From: a bacterium | GTDB taxonomy: Bacteria > SAR324 > NAC60-12 | NCBI GenBank assembly: GCA_965209155.1 | Contig: OZ242383.1 | Coordinates: 2,816,001-2,880,000 of the forward strand | Length of the DNA: 64,000 nt | Direction: 5' to 3' | Shown here: piece by piece, positions 31,308 to 42,382 of the stretch | How positions within the stretch are numbered: the first letter of the stretch is position 1 | How the letters are laid out: every line of letters begins with the position of its first letter | The notes under the pieces: model-generated | Seen by the model: the letters and a program-made list of their open reading frames with translations, nothing else | Told to the model about the DNA's origin: nothing | The model's database searches: none | Program-made: the position numbers and the translations under genes

Positions 31308-31360
31308 TGTATTTCAGACTCGAAAGAGTTTCCGTAGAACGGCGATAACCCCGGTTTTTT

Positions 31361-32278
31361 TCATTCCTCTTGAAAAACAGGCATCACTTCTGTGATAAAT
31401 GCCTCGAAAGCATCCCAATTGATCGGAGGTCGAAACGCAATATTGAGACCCTTGACACCTGTTTCGGCATATTGACCAATTCGATCGATTGCTTGTTGGG
31501 GAGAGCCGGTCAGCACGCCGGAACCTATATTGGCGGGTATTTCTACGGGTGGAGCATCACCTGCGTCTCCGGAATTCATGAAAAAACCAAGGTTGGTGCT
31601 TGTTTCCAATTCGTCAGGGTCTCTCCCTGTTTTTTCGCACGCTTTCTCCAATCGCTGTAAACGATCTTTAACAGATTCAGGAGAAAGGTAGGGCATGTTG
31701 AAACCATCCGCATACTTCGCCGCAAATTGAGGCGTTCGTATTTTGCCTTTTCCTCCTACCCACAACCGAATTTCAGAGTTGTAGGGTCTGGGACTGGCAA
31801 CCGCGCCGGAGATATTGTAATAGCGCCCCTTGAAGTTGGTGACGGGATCACGAAACAGGGAACGGATAACCTGTAAGGATTCCTCCAATTGATCGAGACG
31901 TTGACCTAAAGGGGGAAAATCATATCCGAAATCCTGGAACTCTTCCTCGAACCAACCTGCGCCAAGGCCAATTTCCGCCCGTCCTCCGGAAATGTGATCG
32001 ATGGTGATGGCTGCTTTTGCCAGGAGACATGGGTTGCGGAACAAGGCGCAAAATACCAGGCAACCCACTCGTACTTTTCGGGTCGATGCAGCAAGCGCGG
32101 CCATAGACGCAACGGCTTCGAAACAAGGATTCTCTCTTGACTCGAGCGGGTTGGGATAAAAATGATCCCACACCGAAATCCAGTGAAAACCTGCTTCTTC
32201 CGCCCGGTGCCAGACTCGTAGAAGTTCCTCCATGGAAAGATCTTGTGGACCCGTATGAATGCCGAGTTTGAGTTTCAT
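31361..32278 (-). CDS. LLM-class (luciferase-like) oxidoreductase
   Basis: WDHF, RNPCLLAK, SGGR..IGLGAGW. Confidence 0.92.
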   Translation of the reverse strand: MKLKLGIHTGPQDLSMEELLRVWHRAEEAGFHWISVWDHFYPNPLESRENPCFEAVASMAALAASTRKVRVGCLVFCALFRNPCLLAKAAITIDHISGGRAEIGLGAGWFEEEFQDFGYDFPPLGQRLDQLEESLQVIRSLFRDPVTNFKGRYYNISGAVASPRPYNSEIRLWVGGKGKIRTPQFAAKYADGFNMPYLSPESVKDRLQRLEKACEKTGRDPDELETSTNLGFFMNSGDAGDAPPVEIPANIGSGVLTGSPQQAIDRIGQYAETGVKGLNIAFRPPINWDAFEAFITEVMPVFQEE

Positions 32279-32335
32279 TTCGCTCCTTTTTTACTATAAT
32301 TCGGGGAGAAGGGCGGTCCCGACCGCCTTTGAAGA

Positions 32336-33229
32336 TCAAGTTGTCGAAGCTTGATAAATACTTTCAATAGAGGTGTCCAACATGGTATTGAATTGCTCTT
32401 CGGATTGTTGGGCAGTCAGCCCTTCCGTCAATGCGCGTGAGAAACTCGCAATCATGCGATTTTGTCGTGACAGCCTGGTATTGGCCTCTTCCCGACTGTA
32501 ACCACCGGATAGCGCTGCCACTCTCAGTACATTGGGATGATCGATACAGTCCTGGTAAAAATTGTCTTTTTCAGGCAGTGTCAGCTTGAGCATCACCCAT
32601 TGTCCGTCTTCCAATTGCTCCAGACCCTCGAGAATTTCCTTTTTCAAGATGTTTTCTGCTTTTGCCTTGTCCGGACAATGGATATCGACTTCGGGTTCGA
32701 GGATGGGCACCAGGCCATTTTCGAGGATTTGATGGCCTGTTTCGAACTGTTGCCTGGCAACGGCAGCAATACCCGAGGCATCTGCCTGCTTGATAACAGA
32801 ACGCATTTTCGTACCAAATATTCCTTTTGACTTCGCTTTTTCCAACAACGAGCGCAATCCTGGTATGGGTTTCATCACCTGCGTCCCGTTTTGCTCATCT
32901 GCCAATCCTTTATCTACTTTGAGAATAGGCACCACCTGTTTCACGTTCCACAAGTAATCCGCTGAAGCCATACCTCCGATTTCCCGGTCCATCGTATTTT
33001 CAAACAGAATGGATCCCAGGATCCTTTCACCCGTGAATTGCGGACTGCTGATGATACGGGTTCTCATCTGGTGAATGAGGCTGAACATCTCATCGTCACT
33101 GGACCACGCATCGTTGTCAATACCGTAAAGGCGAAGCGCTTTGGGGGTGCTGCCCCCACTTTGGTCGAGTGCCGCTATGAATCCCGTATTATTTTTGAGT
33201 TTCTCGAGTTGTTGTTCGTGATTGCTCAT
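32336..33229 (-). CDS. Fructose-bisphosphate aldolase class I
   Basis: [34 protein letters not shown]. Confidence 0.95.
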   Translation of the reverse strand: MSNHEQQLEKLKNNTGFIAALDQSGGSTPKALRLYGIDNDAWSSDDEMFSLIHQMRTRIISSPQFTGERILGSILFENTMDREIGGMASADYLWNVKQVVPILKVDKGLADEQNGTQVMKPIPGLRSLLEKAKSKGIFGTKMRSVIKQADASGIAAVARQQFETGHQILENGLVPILEPEVDIHCPDKAKAENILKKEILEGLEQLEDGQWVMLKLTLPEKDNFYQDCIDHPNVLRVAALSGGYSREEANTRLSRQNRMIASFSRALTEGLTAQQSEEQFNTMLDTSIESIYQASTT

Positions 33230-33490
33230 GATACTCCTTTATGATCTATATACTTCGAAAGAATTGCGTATCCATTAATAGCAGCTATCCATGGCTTGTC
33301 AAGCATGCTCTCGAACTCTCCGGAAAAAAACCGTTGCGACATGGGTAAAAAAGATTAAACCCAAGAGCCTTGGATGGATTCGCATCGAGCAGCCGTCGAA
33401 TCGCAACGGTTCTTGCCAAACTGTGATATTATAATCGAATTCGTAAAGCAGCATCCCATTTTCCATGGCAGTTCCTTCCTTTCCTGAACA

Positions 33491-36340
33491 TTGATGAAAG
33501 AGCGAGTTGAATTTAAAAGAAATTTAGGACTGTTCCTGACAGTGATGATTGGTATTGGCGCGATGATAGGCCCAGGAGTTTTCGCATTGCCGGGTGAATT
33601 GGCTCATATGGTGGGCCCTTTGGGAATTCTGGTATATCTGGCCATGGGAGGATTGGCATTCCTCACCGCCCTGAACTATAGCGTGTTGGGCGCCGCTATC
33701 CCGATTGCGGGCGGTGGATATTCTTTTGCAAGCCGGACCCTGCCCAAACCCATTTCTTTTTTTACGGGATGGTTCCTTTGGATAGGCAATACGGTCGCCT
33801 GCGCCATGTATGTCATTATTTTTGCCCTCACTATCCGGGCTTACTTCTGGCCCGAAGTCAACATCATTCTACTGACTTCGTTGACGACCCTGGTCTTCAC
33901 CGCCTTGAATTTCCGTGGAATGTCGGAGTCGATCAAAGTCATCACCCTGATGAACCTGGTCGAGTTGGCAGTGCTTTTGGGAATTGCCTTGTTGGGCGTA
34001 AGCAAAGTTGAACTCCCCAATTTACAGCCTTTAGCGCCATTGGGATTCGCGGAATTTATTCCAGCCATGGCGCTGATTTACATATCCTATGTCGGTTTCG
34101 ATCTCATTGCGGATGCCTCTGAAGAGATCATCAATCCTGGTAAAACAATCCCGCGCGCCATCCTCATCACAGTTGGCGTCGGGATAGTTATCTACGTGTT
34201 TGTGGTGGGAATCATGATGGCCACCGTCCACTACACGGATTTGGCGGAGAGTGAGGTCCCCTTTATTTTCGCTGCAGAGCATATTGTAGGCGATTGGGGG
34301 CGTTGGGCGGCCATTGTGGCAACAATCATGGCCAGTCTTTCCGCCTTCTCCGTTACTTTGGGCTCCAGTGCCCGGACCTTGTATGCATTGGGGAGGGACC
34401 GGCATTTCCCTGTTATTTTCGCGAGTTTGCATCCTCGTTATCAAACCCCCTACATCGCGCTTTGCATTTGCGCGCTGATGATCATGCTGGTCAGCGCTAC
34501 GGGCATCATCAAATTTGTTGCATCCTTTGCCGGCTTCGGCTATCTGATGGGAGTGGGAATCGTCAACTGCACGGTGATTGCGCTTCATAAAAAAATGCCC
34601 AATTTGCGGCGTCCGTTCAAACCCATTTTCTTTCCCTGGATCCCCATTGTGGGTGCGATTTCGTGCTGGCTTTTCGTGCTCGCCCTGGAGTGGAGAAGCT
34701 TTGTTCTCGGAGGGATCATGACGCTGGCAGGGGCCGGCGTTTACTTGTTGCAGCCTGCCAACCGTCGTGAACTCGGCAGGTTGTATGAACATGTTTTTGC
34801 CCGTATTAAAAGATGGGCTATTTCAAGAAGGAGAAAACGTATGCGAGTGCTGGTAGTCGGTGGTGGAAGGCTCGGGAAAAGTGTTGCCAATCAACTATTG
34901 ATGAAGGACGAGCACCGCTCCATTTTTCGCTCGGCAGAACATCAAGTGACTTTTGTCGAAAAAGATGAACGCCGGTGTCATGAGTTGGAACAGCATTACA
35001 ACGTCCCCATCTACCAGGGAGATGGAACCGACAAAGGACTGCTGGAACAAATAGAACTGAAGAAGATGGACGTGGTGATTTCCACTTTGAACAACGACAA
35101 TCAAAATGTAGTGGCTTCCCTGCAGGCCAAGCGCCTGGGGGCCCCGTTGGTCATCTCTCTGGTTATTGATTCAGATTACGTTCCCCTGCTCGAGGAAAAC
35201 AACATAGTGGCCATCAGTACTCCCAAAGCCAGTGCGATCATGGTGGAAAATTACCTGGAACGCCCTGGTATCGCAGAACTCTTCGAGTTGGGAGGAGGGG
35301 AAGGCAGTCTTGCTGGTGTTTTCGTGGAAAAAAATGCGGAAGTGACAGGAAAAGCTCTTAAAAATATTCAACTTCCCGTAGATTGCATTGCCGCAGCGAT
35401 CATTCGTGAAAAAAAATTCCTCGTTCCCCGGGATGACACTATCATCCAGGAAAAAGATTACGTGTTGTTCGTGGGCTTGACTCAAGCGATCAAGAAAGCG
35501 CGGGAAGTGTTTATGGTGGCTGCTCGTCGCAAAGCCATTCAAGGGAGTTCGATTTTTCAATTGGTAGAACGCATGCGGCGACGAAAAACCGATGAATTGG
35601 ACCGCGAGTTGAGAGGCATAATCAAAAAGAGGGCAACGACGGAAAAAGATCCCTTTGACGCCCTGGTTGAAAAGGCCTTTGTGTTCGACCTTCACGGCGA
35701 GTCGAATTTTGAGGCAGTTTTACAAAAAGTCTCTGCTGAATTCTCCAAACGGCTGTCCATCCGTCCCGAAGACTTGGAGGCGGGCTTCCGGGAAGGCAGC
35801 GAAATCGGAATGACGCCCGCAGCAGACGGGGTGGCCCTGCCTCATTTGCGTTTTGCCGATATCGACCATTCTGAACTGGTACTGGTACGTTCTGTTCCGG
35901 GAGTTTACTTTGCCGGAGATGAGACCTCCGTGAGTACGATTTCAGATCAACCCAACCATGCATTTTTCTTTTTAGTCAGTCCTGAAAAAGATCCTGCGCA
36001 GCACCTGAGAATTCTGGCCCGCATTGCGGAATGCGTAAACAACGCCCAATTCATGCAAGAGTGGCTGACCGCCCGCAACGAGGAGGAATTGAAAGAAACC
36101 CTGGTCCATAAAGAACTTTTCTTTTCTTTACGTTTGCACAAGGATTCAAAAAACGCCCCACTGGTTGGCCGGAAAATCCAGGAATTGCCACTGCCCGAAG
36201 AAATTATGGTAGCGCTCATTCACCGCAACAACCGCATCATCGTTCCACGTAACCATACCGTGCTCGAAGAAGAAGACCGTTTGACCATTGTGGGAGAAGT
36301 GGAGGGAATCAAAAAATTTCGTGAACAATATGAAGATTAA
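33491..36340 (+). CDS. APC-family permease fused to RCK_N, RCK_C, PTS EIIA and a second RCK_C
   Basis: IGAMIGPG TM1, SEEIINP, VVGGGRLG, GDGT, VALPH, HLRILARIA, IIVPR. Confidence 0.9.
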   Translation: MMKERVEFKRNLGLFLTVMIGIGAMIGPGVFALPGELAHMVGPLGILVYLAMGGLAFLTALNYSVLGAAIPIAGGGYSFASRTLPKPISFFTGWFLWIGNTVACAMYVIIFALTIRAYFWPEVNIILLTSLTTLVFTALNFRGMSESIKVITLMNLVELAVLLGIALLGVSKVELPNLQPLAPLGFAEFIPAMALIYISYVGFDLIADASEEIINPGKTIPRAILITVGVGIVIYVFVVGIMMATVHYTDLAESEVPFIFAAEHIVGDWGRWAAIVATIMASLSAFSVTLGSSARTLYALGRDRHFPVIFASLHPRYQTPYIALCICALMIMLVSATGIIKFVASFAGFGYLMGVGIVNCTVIALHKKMPNLRRPFKPIFFPWIPIVGAISCWLFVLALEWRSFVLGGIMTLAGAGVYLLQPANRRELGRLYEHVFARIKRWAISRRRKRMRVLVVGGGRLGKSVANQLLMKDEHRSIFRSAEHQVTFVEKDERRCHELEQHYNVPIYQGDGTDKGLLEQIELKKMDVVISTLNNDNQNVVASLQAKRLGAPLVISLVIDSDYVPLLEENNIVAISTPKASAIMVENYLERPGIAELFELGGGEGSLAGVFVEKNAEVTGKALKNIQLPVDCIAAAIIREKKFLVPRDDTIIQEKDYVLFVGLTQAIKKAREVFMVAARRKAIQGSSIFQLVERMRRRKTDELDRELRGIIKKRATTEKDPFDALVEKAFVFDLHGESNFEAVLQKVSAEFSKRLSIRPEDLEAGFREGSEIGMTPAADGVALPHLRFADIDHSELVLVRSVPGVYFAGDETSVSTISDQPNHAFFFLVSPEKDPAQHLRILARIAECVNNAQFMQEWLTARNEEELKETLVHKELFFSLRLHKDSKNAPLVGRKIQELPLPEEIMVALIHRNNRIIVPRNHTVLEEEDRLTIVGEVEGIKKFREQYED

Positions 36341-36435
36341 AAAGGAGATCGAAACAGGATATCTTAGCCTGTAATGAAAATCACCTCGAGGATCTCTCCG
36401 GCAAGATGACAGTCCATCCAATTGAGGAAGAATTT

Positions 36436-36699
36436 ATGAAATTTACGATTTGGAGACGGAACCCTGAAGTTTATTTGGGATTTTTGGAAAAACATGGTCG
36501 CGAACCCCAGTTTCTTTTTGGAAAAGAGGGCAAATTCAATGAGCACGTGGCGACTTTCGACACGGAAAGCAAAGCCGCGCTCGAAACCATTTTCAACGAA
36601 TATGTCAGTGAATATCCGCCCAAGGAAGCGGGGGATTTCATCATTGTTCAAATCGACACCATGCGCATACAAGAAGTGAGCCTGGAGAACAACGTCTGA
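36436..36699 (+). CDS. Hypothetical protein
   Basis: 87-aa ORF with GAGG RBS. Confidence 0.65.
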   Translation: MKFTIWRRNPEVYLGFLEKHGREPQFLFGKEGKFNEHVATFDTESKAALETIFNEYVSEYPPKEAGDFIIVQIDTMRIQEVSLENNV

Positions 36700-36718
36700 T
36701 TTTACCAGAAAGAGGCGT

Positions 36719-36804
36719 TGGTGCGAGAGGGGGGACTCGAACCCCCACGCCTTTACGGCACCAGATCCTAAATCTGGCGTGTATGCCAATTTCACCACTC
36801 TCGC
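36719..36804 (-). tRNA. tRNA-Leu(TAG)
   Basis: GCGAGAG acceptor stem, TTTAGGA loop, long variable arm, CCA end. Confidence 0.97.
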
Positions 36805-36866
36805 AGCTTCGGGGGGGAGAGGAAAACCTCTTTTCCGGGATAATACAATGACCTTGCGCTCCTCGC

Positions 36867-37268
36867 TCAACTGAAGATCACTTCTTTGGCGTAGAGCGTG
36901 TCGACGTACTCTCTCACCGCCTGAATCTTGTTGTTTTTGATTTCAAAGATCATGTTGTAATAATTTTCGTAATTTCGTCCCTTAACCGTTTTGGCCCGTG
37001 CGATCCACTCCACCACAACGCAATCTCCTTCACCAATCACATTGCTGATCTCGAGGGACAGACTGTTGGGCACCAGCAAGGGTTGGGAACGACCAAAAAA
37101 ATCTTCAAAAATGGCCTTCTTCCCCGTATACGTACCGGAAAGAGGCAGGGTGCCGGGCAACCACCACGTGGCATCGTCTGCGAAAGAGTCCATCGCTCCT
37201 TCGATATTGCCTTTTACGACGCCTTCAATAAAGTTTTGTACGACTTTTTTGTTTTCTGCTACTCCCAT
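36867..37268 (-). CDS. NTF2/SnoaL-like protein
   Basis: ADDATWW.PG, GEGD.VVVE, VREYVDT. Confidence 0.9.
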   Translation of the reverse strand: MGVAENKKVVQNFIEGVVKGNIEGAMDSFADDATWWLPGTLPLSGTYTGKKAIFEDFFGRSQPLLVPNSLSLEISNVIGEGDCVVVEWIARAKTVKGRNYENYYNMIFEIKNNKIQAVREYVDTLYAKEVIFS

Positions 37269-37303
37269 CCATCCTCCTCATTATTTTTTTTTACGATGAC
37301 GAT

Positions 37304-38104
37304 CTATTCTCCGGACCAGACCGGTTCTCGTTTTTCCATAAAAGCGGAAATGCCTTCTTCGGCATCACGGGCCATCATGTTTTCCGTCATCACTTTGCTA
37401 CAATTTTCGTATGCTCCTCGCAAATCCTGTTCTATTTGCAGGTAGAATGCTTTTTTCCCGATTTTCAAAGTGAATGGAGATTTGGAGGCGATGCTTTTTG
37501 CCATATTCCAGGTCTCCTCTTCCAATCGTCCGGCCGGCACGACTTTGTTGATCAAGCCCATCTCGCAGGCTTGCCTGGCAGGGACCATTTCTCCCGTCAG
37601 CAACATGGCCATCGCCTGTTTGCGTGGGATTGCGCGTGACAGAGCCACCATCGGCGTGGAGCAAAACAAACCGATATTGACCCCTGGCGTCGCAAAACGC
37701 GCATTTTCAGCCGCAACAGCCAGGTCGCAAGTGGCCACCAGTTGACACCCGGCAGCAGTGGCAATGCCGTGAACCCGGGCAATCACCGGTTTGGAGAGCT
37801 CCGTGATGCATAGCATCAGTTTTGAACAAGTTTTGAAAGTTTGCTCGTAAAATTGTCGATTCGGATTAGCCCGCATTTCCCTGAGATCATGTCCGGCGCA
37901 AAATCCTTTACCCGCCCCTGCCAGTACCAGCGCCTTGATTGAGGAGTCCGCCTCCAGTGTTTTTAATTCGGCCAGCAGCGCTTCCATGCATTGCAGGGAC
38001 AGGGCATTATAGACCGCCGGGCGATTCAGGGTCAAAGTCGCCACTCCCTCCCGTTTCTGGCAAAGCACCGGATCGTTGAAGTTCCGAAGCGTCATGCTTG
38101 TCAT
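37304..38104 (-). CDS. Enoyl-CoA hydratase/isomerase family protein
   Basis: LNRP..YNAL, FCAGHDL, ATAAGCQLVATCD. Confidence 0.95.
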   Translation of the reverse strand: MTSMTLRNFNDPVLCQKREGVATLTLNRPAVYNALSLQCMEALLAELKTLEADSSIKALVLAGAGKGFCAGHDLREMRANPNRQFYEQTFKTCSKLMLCITELSKPVIARVHGIATAAGCQLVATCDLAVAAENARFATPGVNIGLFCSTPMVALSRAIPRKQAMAMLLTGEMVPARQACEMGLINKVVPAGRLEEETWNMAKSIASKSPFTLKIGKKAFYLQIEQDLRGAYENCSKVMTENMMARDAEEGISAFMEKREPVWSGE

Positions 38105-38310
38105 TTGCTCCCTTTGAGATTCAATTCAGGTACGTCCATTTCCCTTGCAAGACTAATAACGGCATTTTAACTTTTCGTCAACAATTTTCGGTATGAACTG
38201 GTACGCAAGTAGGCTTGGAGTCACTCGAGTATGGAATAGCTTATCCAATTGCTCTTCCGGGTTCATGTCGTTACCGTCCATACCCTCTTGACAAATGTTT
38301 TCATACTTAC

Positions 38311-38365
38311 TATACGTGAATCAGGAGTTAAAAACGTGTCATTCCTGGTCCAGACCAGGAATCAA
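38311..38365. repeat. Single end of element A, inverted
   Basis: ACGTGAATCAGGAGTTAAAAACGTGTCATTCCTGG. Confidence 0.7.
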
Positions 38366-38391
38366 GCACTCGCTTGCAAGGAGAATTCCCG

Positions 38392-39459
38392 ATGAGAACG
38401 TTATCCACATTTGCCCTTGTCCTGGCCTTCAGTCTGACTCCGGCTTGCTTAGCGCACGAAGCGCCCAGGCACGAGCACGTCGAACTGCTCCCGATCCGGG
38501 AATACCGATTGCCTTTTGGCGAGGCAAGCGCGCGAGCCTCTTTGCAAGCTGCCGAAGCCTTTCTCGCCAGCTTTGACGAGGGGACTGAGGTGAAGCTCAT
38601 TTACGACCTCGACGCCAAGGAGCGCGCGGGTTGGTCCAACCTTCCCGCCCGGTATGTTTCCCGTGCCGGGATATCCATCGGCGAGCTGTCGGACGGCCAA
38701 CGCAAGCTGCTTTTCGATTTCCTGGCTTCCTCACTGAGCGAAGAGGGTTATCGCAGGGTCAGCGAAGCCATAGCCGCCGAAGCCTTCCTGAGTGACGCCT
38801 GGTTGGCCAGGTTGCGGAGTTGGTCGCCCGAGAATTACTGGATTTCTTTCTATGGCACTCCTTCTGCGAAATCTCCATGGGGATGGCAATTCGGTGGGCA
38901 TCACCTGGCGTTGAACCTGTCCATGGAAGGCGACCGCGTCACGAGTATGTCCCCCAGCTTTGTCGGTACCGAACCGGCCATCTTCACCCATGACGGGGTG
39001 GCGTATGAAGTAGTGGTCGACATGCACCGGGCGGGATACGCACTCTATGCCGCTCTGGACAACGCGCAGAAGTCTGCGGCTGCTGCCGGTGAAGTGCCCA
39101 AAAGGCTTCTCACCGGTCCAGGCAAAGACGGTGTCGTCCCTCCAGCGATTGGGGTAAGTGCCGCCGACATGACTGTGGGTCAGAAGGGCCTGCTCCTGGC
39201 CGCCGTCAACCGGTGGGTCTCGATTCAGCCTTCCGAGGACGCTCAACGTCGAATGGCGGAAATCGAGGCCGAGTTGGAAAGGACGACCTTCGCCTGGACT
39301 GGCACCAACGAAGTCAATACTCCCACCTACATGATTATCCAGGGTCCTACGTTACTCATAGAGCTCATTTCGCGAGTCGGCAATGTCCGCAGCGGCCAGG
39401 GTCACTACCACACTGTCTATCGAAATCCGAGATTGGAGTATGGCGGTTTGGGTCCGTGA
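38392..39459 (+). CDS. DUF3500-family exported protein
   Basis: WSNLP, WGWQFGGHHL, IQGP, HYHTVYR. Confidence 0.85.
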   Translation: MRTLSTFALVLAFSLTPACLAHEAPRHEHVELLPIREYRLPFGEASARASLQAAEAFLASFDEGTEVKLIYDLDAKERAGWSNLPARYVSRAGISIGELSDGQRKLLFDFLASSLSEEGYRRVSEAIAAEAFLSDAWLARLRSWSPENYWISFYGTPSAKSPWGWQFGGHHLALNLSMEGDRVTSMSPSFVGTEPAIFTHDGVAYEVVVDMHRAGYALYAALDNAQKSAAAAGEVPKRLLTGPGKDGVVPPAIGVSAADMTVGQKGLLLAAVNRWVSIQPSEDAQRRMAEIEAELERTTFAWTGTNEVNTPTYMIIQGPTLLIELISRVGNVRSGQGHYHTVYRNPRLEYGGLGP

Positions 39460-39520
39460 TGGTCCGTGTCCGAGTATCGAAAAAGGAGCGACAATAGCTG
39501 TCTTAACGCTAACATTTGCG

Positions 39521-39910
39521 TTATGCGGGTTCGCATGAGGCGCACTGCCCATGGATTTCGATGACTTGGCGCCTTGCGGCAAACCCGGACTTCCCCGCGA
39601 TGCCGGACAGCGTTTTCAGAAGTTCGGGGGAGACGTTTTCTTCGACCTCGCCACAGTCGTCGCAAATCGACATGATCGAAGCCTGGCGATGCCGACCGCG
39701 CTGGCACGCGATGAAGGCGTTGAGCGATTCGAGCCGGTGCACGCTGCCGCGATCGATCAGAGCGGCAAGGGCTCGATAGATCGTCTGTGGTGCGAGGCGC
39801 GGGTTCTCACCTCGCAGGCATCCGAGCATCTGGTAAGCGGACATCGGTGTGCGGTGGCTTCGCAAGATAGCCAACACGTCCGCCTGCATTCGTTTTCCAC
39901 GCTGGCTCAT
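39521..39910 (-). CDS. zur: Fur-family regulator, Zur-like
   Basis: SAY, TIYRAL, HRLESLNAFIAC, CDDC, CASC. Confidence 0.85.
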   Translation of the reverse strand: MSQRGKRMQADVLAILRSHRTPMSAYQMLGCLRGENPRLAPQTIYRALAALIDRGSVHRLESLNAFIACQRGRHRQASIMSICDDCGEVEENVSPELLKTLSGIAGKSGFAARRQVIEIHGQCASCEPA

Positions 39911-39926
39911 CAGGCCCTCCAGTACT

Positions 39927-40973
39927 TCACCTGTCGCCCACTCGCCAAACCGTCGCGCCACCCTGAGCGTCGAGAGCCGCAAGCGCGCGTCCATCTGGTC
40001 GCCAGTACAAAGCGCCGACAATATCGGCTACGGGCGCAATGCCTATTGGATCGCCTTTTCCATTGCGCCTGAGTGACCACACGACTACGTTGCCATCCCG
40101 AGAGCCCGAGGCCAAGCGCATCCCACGGCGAGCGAAGGCGAGCGTTGAAACAGTTTGATCATGATATTCCAGAACGCCGGGCTGCGTGCCTTCGGGGCCT
40201 CTTCCATGGAAGCTCCAGACCGTCACCGCCTCCCCTCCGCCGGTGGCCAAAAGGGTGCCGGTGTCATCGAAGGCCAAGGCCGACGGCTTGGAAGGATATC
40301 CCGACATCATCGAATCCCGCTCCGTGGAACGACGCCAGAAGTGCACCGAGTTGTCCTGGCTGCCGCAGGCGACGATATCCCCGTCCGGACTCAGTACCAT
40401 CGACACCAAAGAGCCCATCCACTCCAGCTTCTGGCGAAGCTTCCCAGTGGACGCATCGAAGAACGTTACCCGACCATAACAGGCCGTCGCCAATTCCCTT
40501 GGGCTGGACCAGGCGATTGCGCTGACGGTGCTCGGTTGATCCTCCGATCGCCAGACTTCAGCGCCGTCCGCACCATACGCGTGAACCTGCCGGGAGCAGG
40601 AAGCCGCCAGCCATTGGCCGTCCGGCGACCACGCCACGTTCTCCACCCAACCGCTGCCGACATCGATAGCCTGTTTTACCTGCCCTTCGGCGAAACCCCA
40701 GATAAGGACTCGTCCGTCCTGGCCGGCCGTCGCAAACGCGGTTCTATTTGGGTGAATCGCCATCGCAAGCACGCCGCCATCATGAGCCCCCTGCCGCGCC
40801 CAGGCGCTTGCACCGGACTTGCCGTCGAACACGTAGACGCCACCCGCGGCATCACCCACCACCAGCGCCTCACCGCCTGCGCTCCAGCCTCCGGCGATGG
40901 CGTAATCACCGACCCCCGCAGACCAGCCCCGGTGCAGAACACCTATCGGTCTGTCGCCATTCAGGTCAGACAT
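39927..40973 (-). CDS. WD40-repeat protein
   Basis: Repeated AWSPDG / TAGQDG..IW / SGSRDG..VW units. Confidence 0.9.
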   Translation of the reverse strand: MSDLNGDRPIGVLHRGWSAGVGDYAIAGGWSAGGEALVVGDAAGGVYVFDGKSGASAWARQGAHDGGVLAMAIHPNRTAFATAGQDGRVLIWGFAEGQVKQAIDVGSGWVENVAWSPDGQWLAASCSRQVHAYGADGAEVWRSEDQPSTVSAIAWSSPRELATACYGRVTFFDASTGKLRQKLEWMGSLVSMVLSPDGDIVACGSQDNSVHFWRRSTERDSMMSGYPSKPSALAFDDTGTLLATGGGEAVTVWSFHGRGPEGTQPGVLEYHDQTVSTLAFARRGMRLASGSRDGNVVVWSLRRNGKGDPIGIAPVADIVGALYWRPDGRALAALDAQGGATVWRVGDR

Positions 40974-42382
40974 GCCTCGAATCCCTGCTGCATACTTTGC
41001 TCGTCGAGGTTGCGGCCGATGAAGACGAGCTGATTGCGGCGTGGCGCGTCTCCCCATGGACGATCCGGCTGCCCGTCGAAAAGCATGTGAACCCCCTGGA
41101 AGACGAAACGATCCGACTCACCCGCGATGCTGATGAAGCCCTTCATTCGGAAGATGTCCACCCCGCGCTCACGGAGTAACTCGCCAAGCCAGCTGTTGAG
41201 CCTGTCGGGATCAACGTCGCCCTCCCTCTCGATGGCGATCGAACCCACTTCGTCGTCGTGCTCATGCTGCGCAACCCAGGTTCGCTCGACCTCGACGGGA
41301 ATCGCTCCCTTGATGCGCAGGGCGCTGGTCTCTGGGGAGGGCACCCGTTTGGAGTGTGGATTGTTTTCTGGCCTGGTCGTCGATCCATCCGCGTTCGTCA
41401 GTTGCAAATCGAATTCCTCCGCGGTGTGCTGGGTGTAGAGGCCAACCTTTAACTGCGAGTCGACCTCCAGGAAAAACGACTTGCGCCCGGGGGTGTCAAG
41501 CTGGAGGCTCATATGTTTTCCGAGAGGAATCTCGCTCCCCGGGCGAATGAGATTCGCGGGTTCGGCATACCGGCGCACACACCACTCCGCACCCTCACGA
41601 AGTGAAGGGTCATCCGTGCCCTGGTCGGGTACGATGACGAGAGACATCGCCGGATCGGGTCCATCGGCCAGGCTGAGTTCGTAACGGCCGATATCGAGCG
41701 AATAGACTCCAGTCCATTCGAATGGGTATTCCGGCTCCAAGAAAGTGGGACGACGTTCGAGCACCTGGTCCAGGTCGAAGGCGCCGAGGTTGAGTACCGT
41801 ATCGACGGAGACGTCCGCTCGCTCGCTGCGGATGACTCGCGCCATTCGATTCATGTCCCGGAGCCGGGCCTCGAGCCTGTCGAGCGCGTCGCCGTCGACG
41901 AGGTCCGTCTTGTTGAGAACCAGGACGTCTGCGAAGGCGATCTGTTCCGCGCTCTCGTCGCTTCGGCCGAGCTGCTGCTCGACGTGGGCTGCGTCGACGA
42001 GCGTGACGATCCCGTCCAGTGCGAACTCCGCGCGAATCTCGTCGTCCATGAAGAAGGTTTGGGCAACCGGACCGGGATCGGCGAGCCCCGTGGTCTCCAC
42101 CAACACGTAATCGAACTTGTCTCGGCGTTTCATGAGGTTACCGAGCACGCGAATCAGGTCTCCGCGCACCGTGCAGCAGATGCAACCGTTCGACATCTCG
42201 AAGATCTCCTCGTCGGCATTGATGACGAGCGCCTGGTCGATGCCGACCTCCCCGAACTCGTTTTCGATCACGGCGATGCGTTTGCCGTGTTCCTCCCTCA
42301 AGACCCGGTTCAGCAGGGTCGTCTTACCGGAGCCGAGGAATCCGGTGAGGATCGTAACAGGTATGTTTTCAGGTGTGTTCAT
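40961..42382 (-). CDS. COG0523/CobW-family metallochaperone GTPase
   Basis: GFLGSGKTT, ENEFG, GCICC, ETTG, NKTD, CobW_C RMKG...FQGVH. Confidence 0.95.
   Translation of the reverse strand: MNTPENIPVTILTGFLGSGKTTLLNRVLREEHGKRIAVIENEFGEVGIDQALVINADEEIFEMSNGCICCTVRGDLIRVLGNLMKRRDKFDYVLVETTGLADPGPVAQTFFMDDEIRAEFALDGIVTLVDAAHVEQQLGRSDESAEQIAFADVLVLNKTDLVDGDALDRLEARLRDMNRMARVIRSERADVSVDTVLNLGAFDLDQVLERRPTFLEPEYPFEWTGVYSLDIGRYELSLADGPDPAMSLVIVPDQGTDDPSLREGAEWCVRRYAEPANLIRPGSEIPLGKHMSLQLDTPGRKSFFLEVDSQLKVGLYTQHTAEEFDLQLTNADGSTTRPENNPHSKRVPSPETSALRIKGAIPVEVERTWVAQHEHDDEVGSIAIEREGDVDPDRLNSWLGELLRERGVDIFRMKGFISIAGESDRFVFQGVHMLFDGQPDRPWGDAPRRNQLVFIGRNLDEQSMQQGFEACLT

Noticed and set aside
36364..36870. 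168-aa minus-strand ORF
   Set aside because: It runs through tRNA-Leu and is antisense to a better ORF
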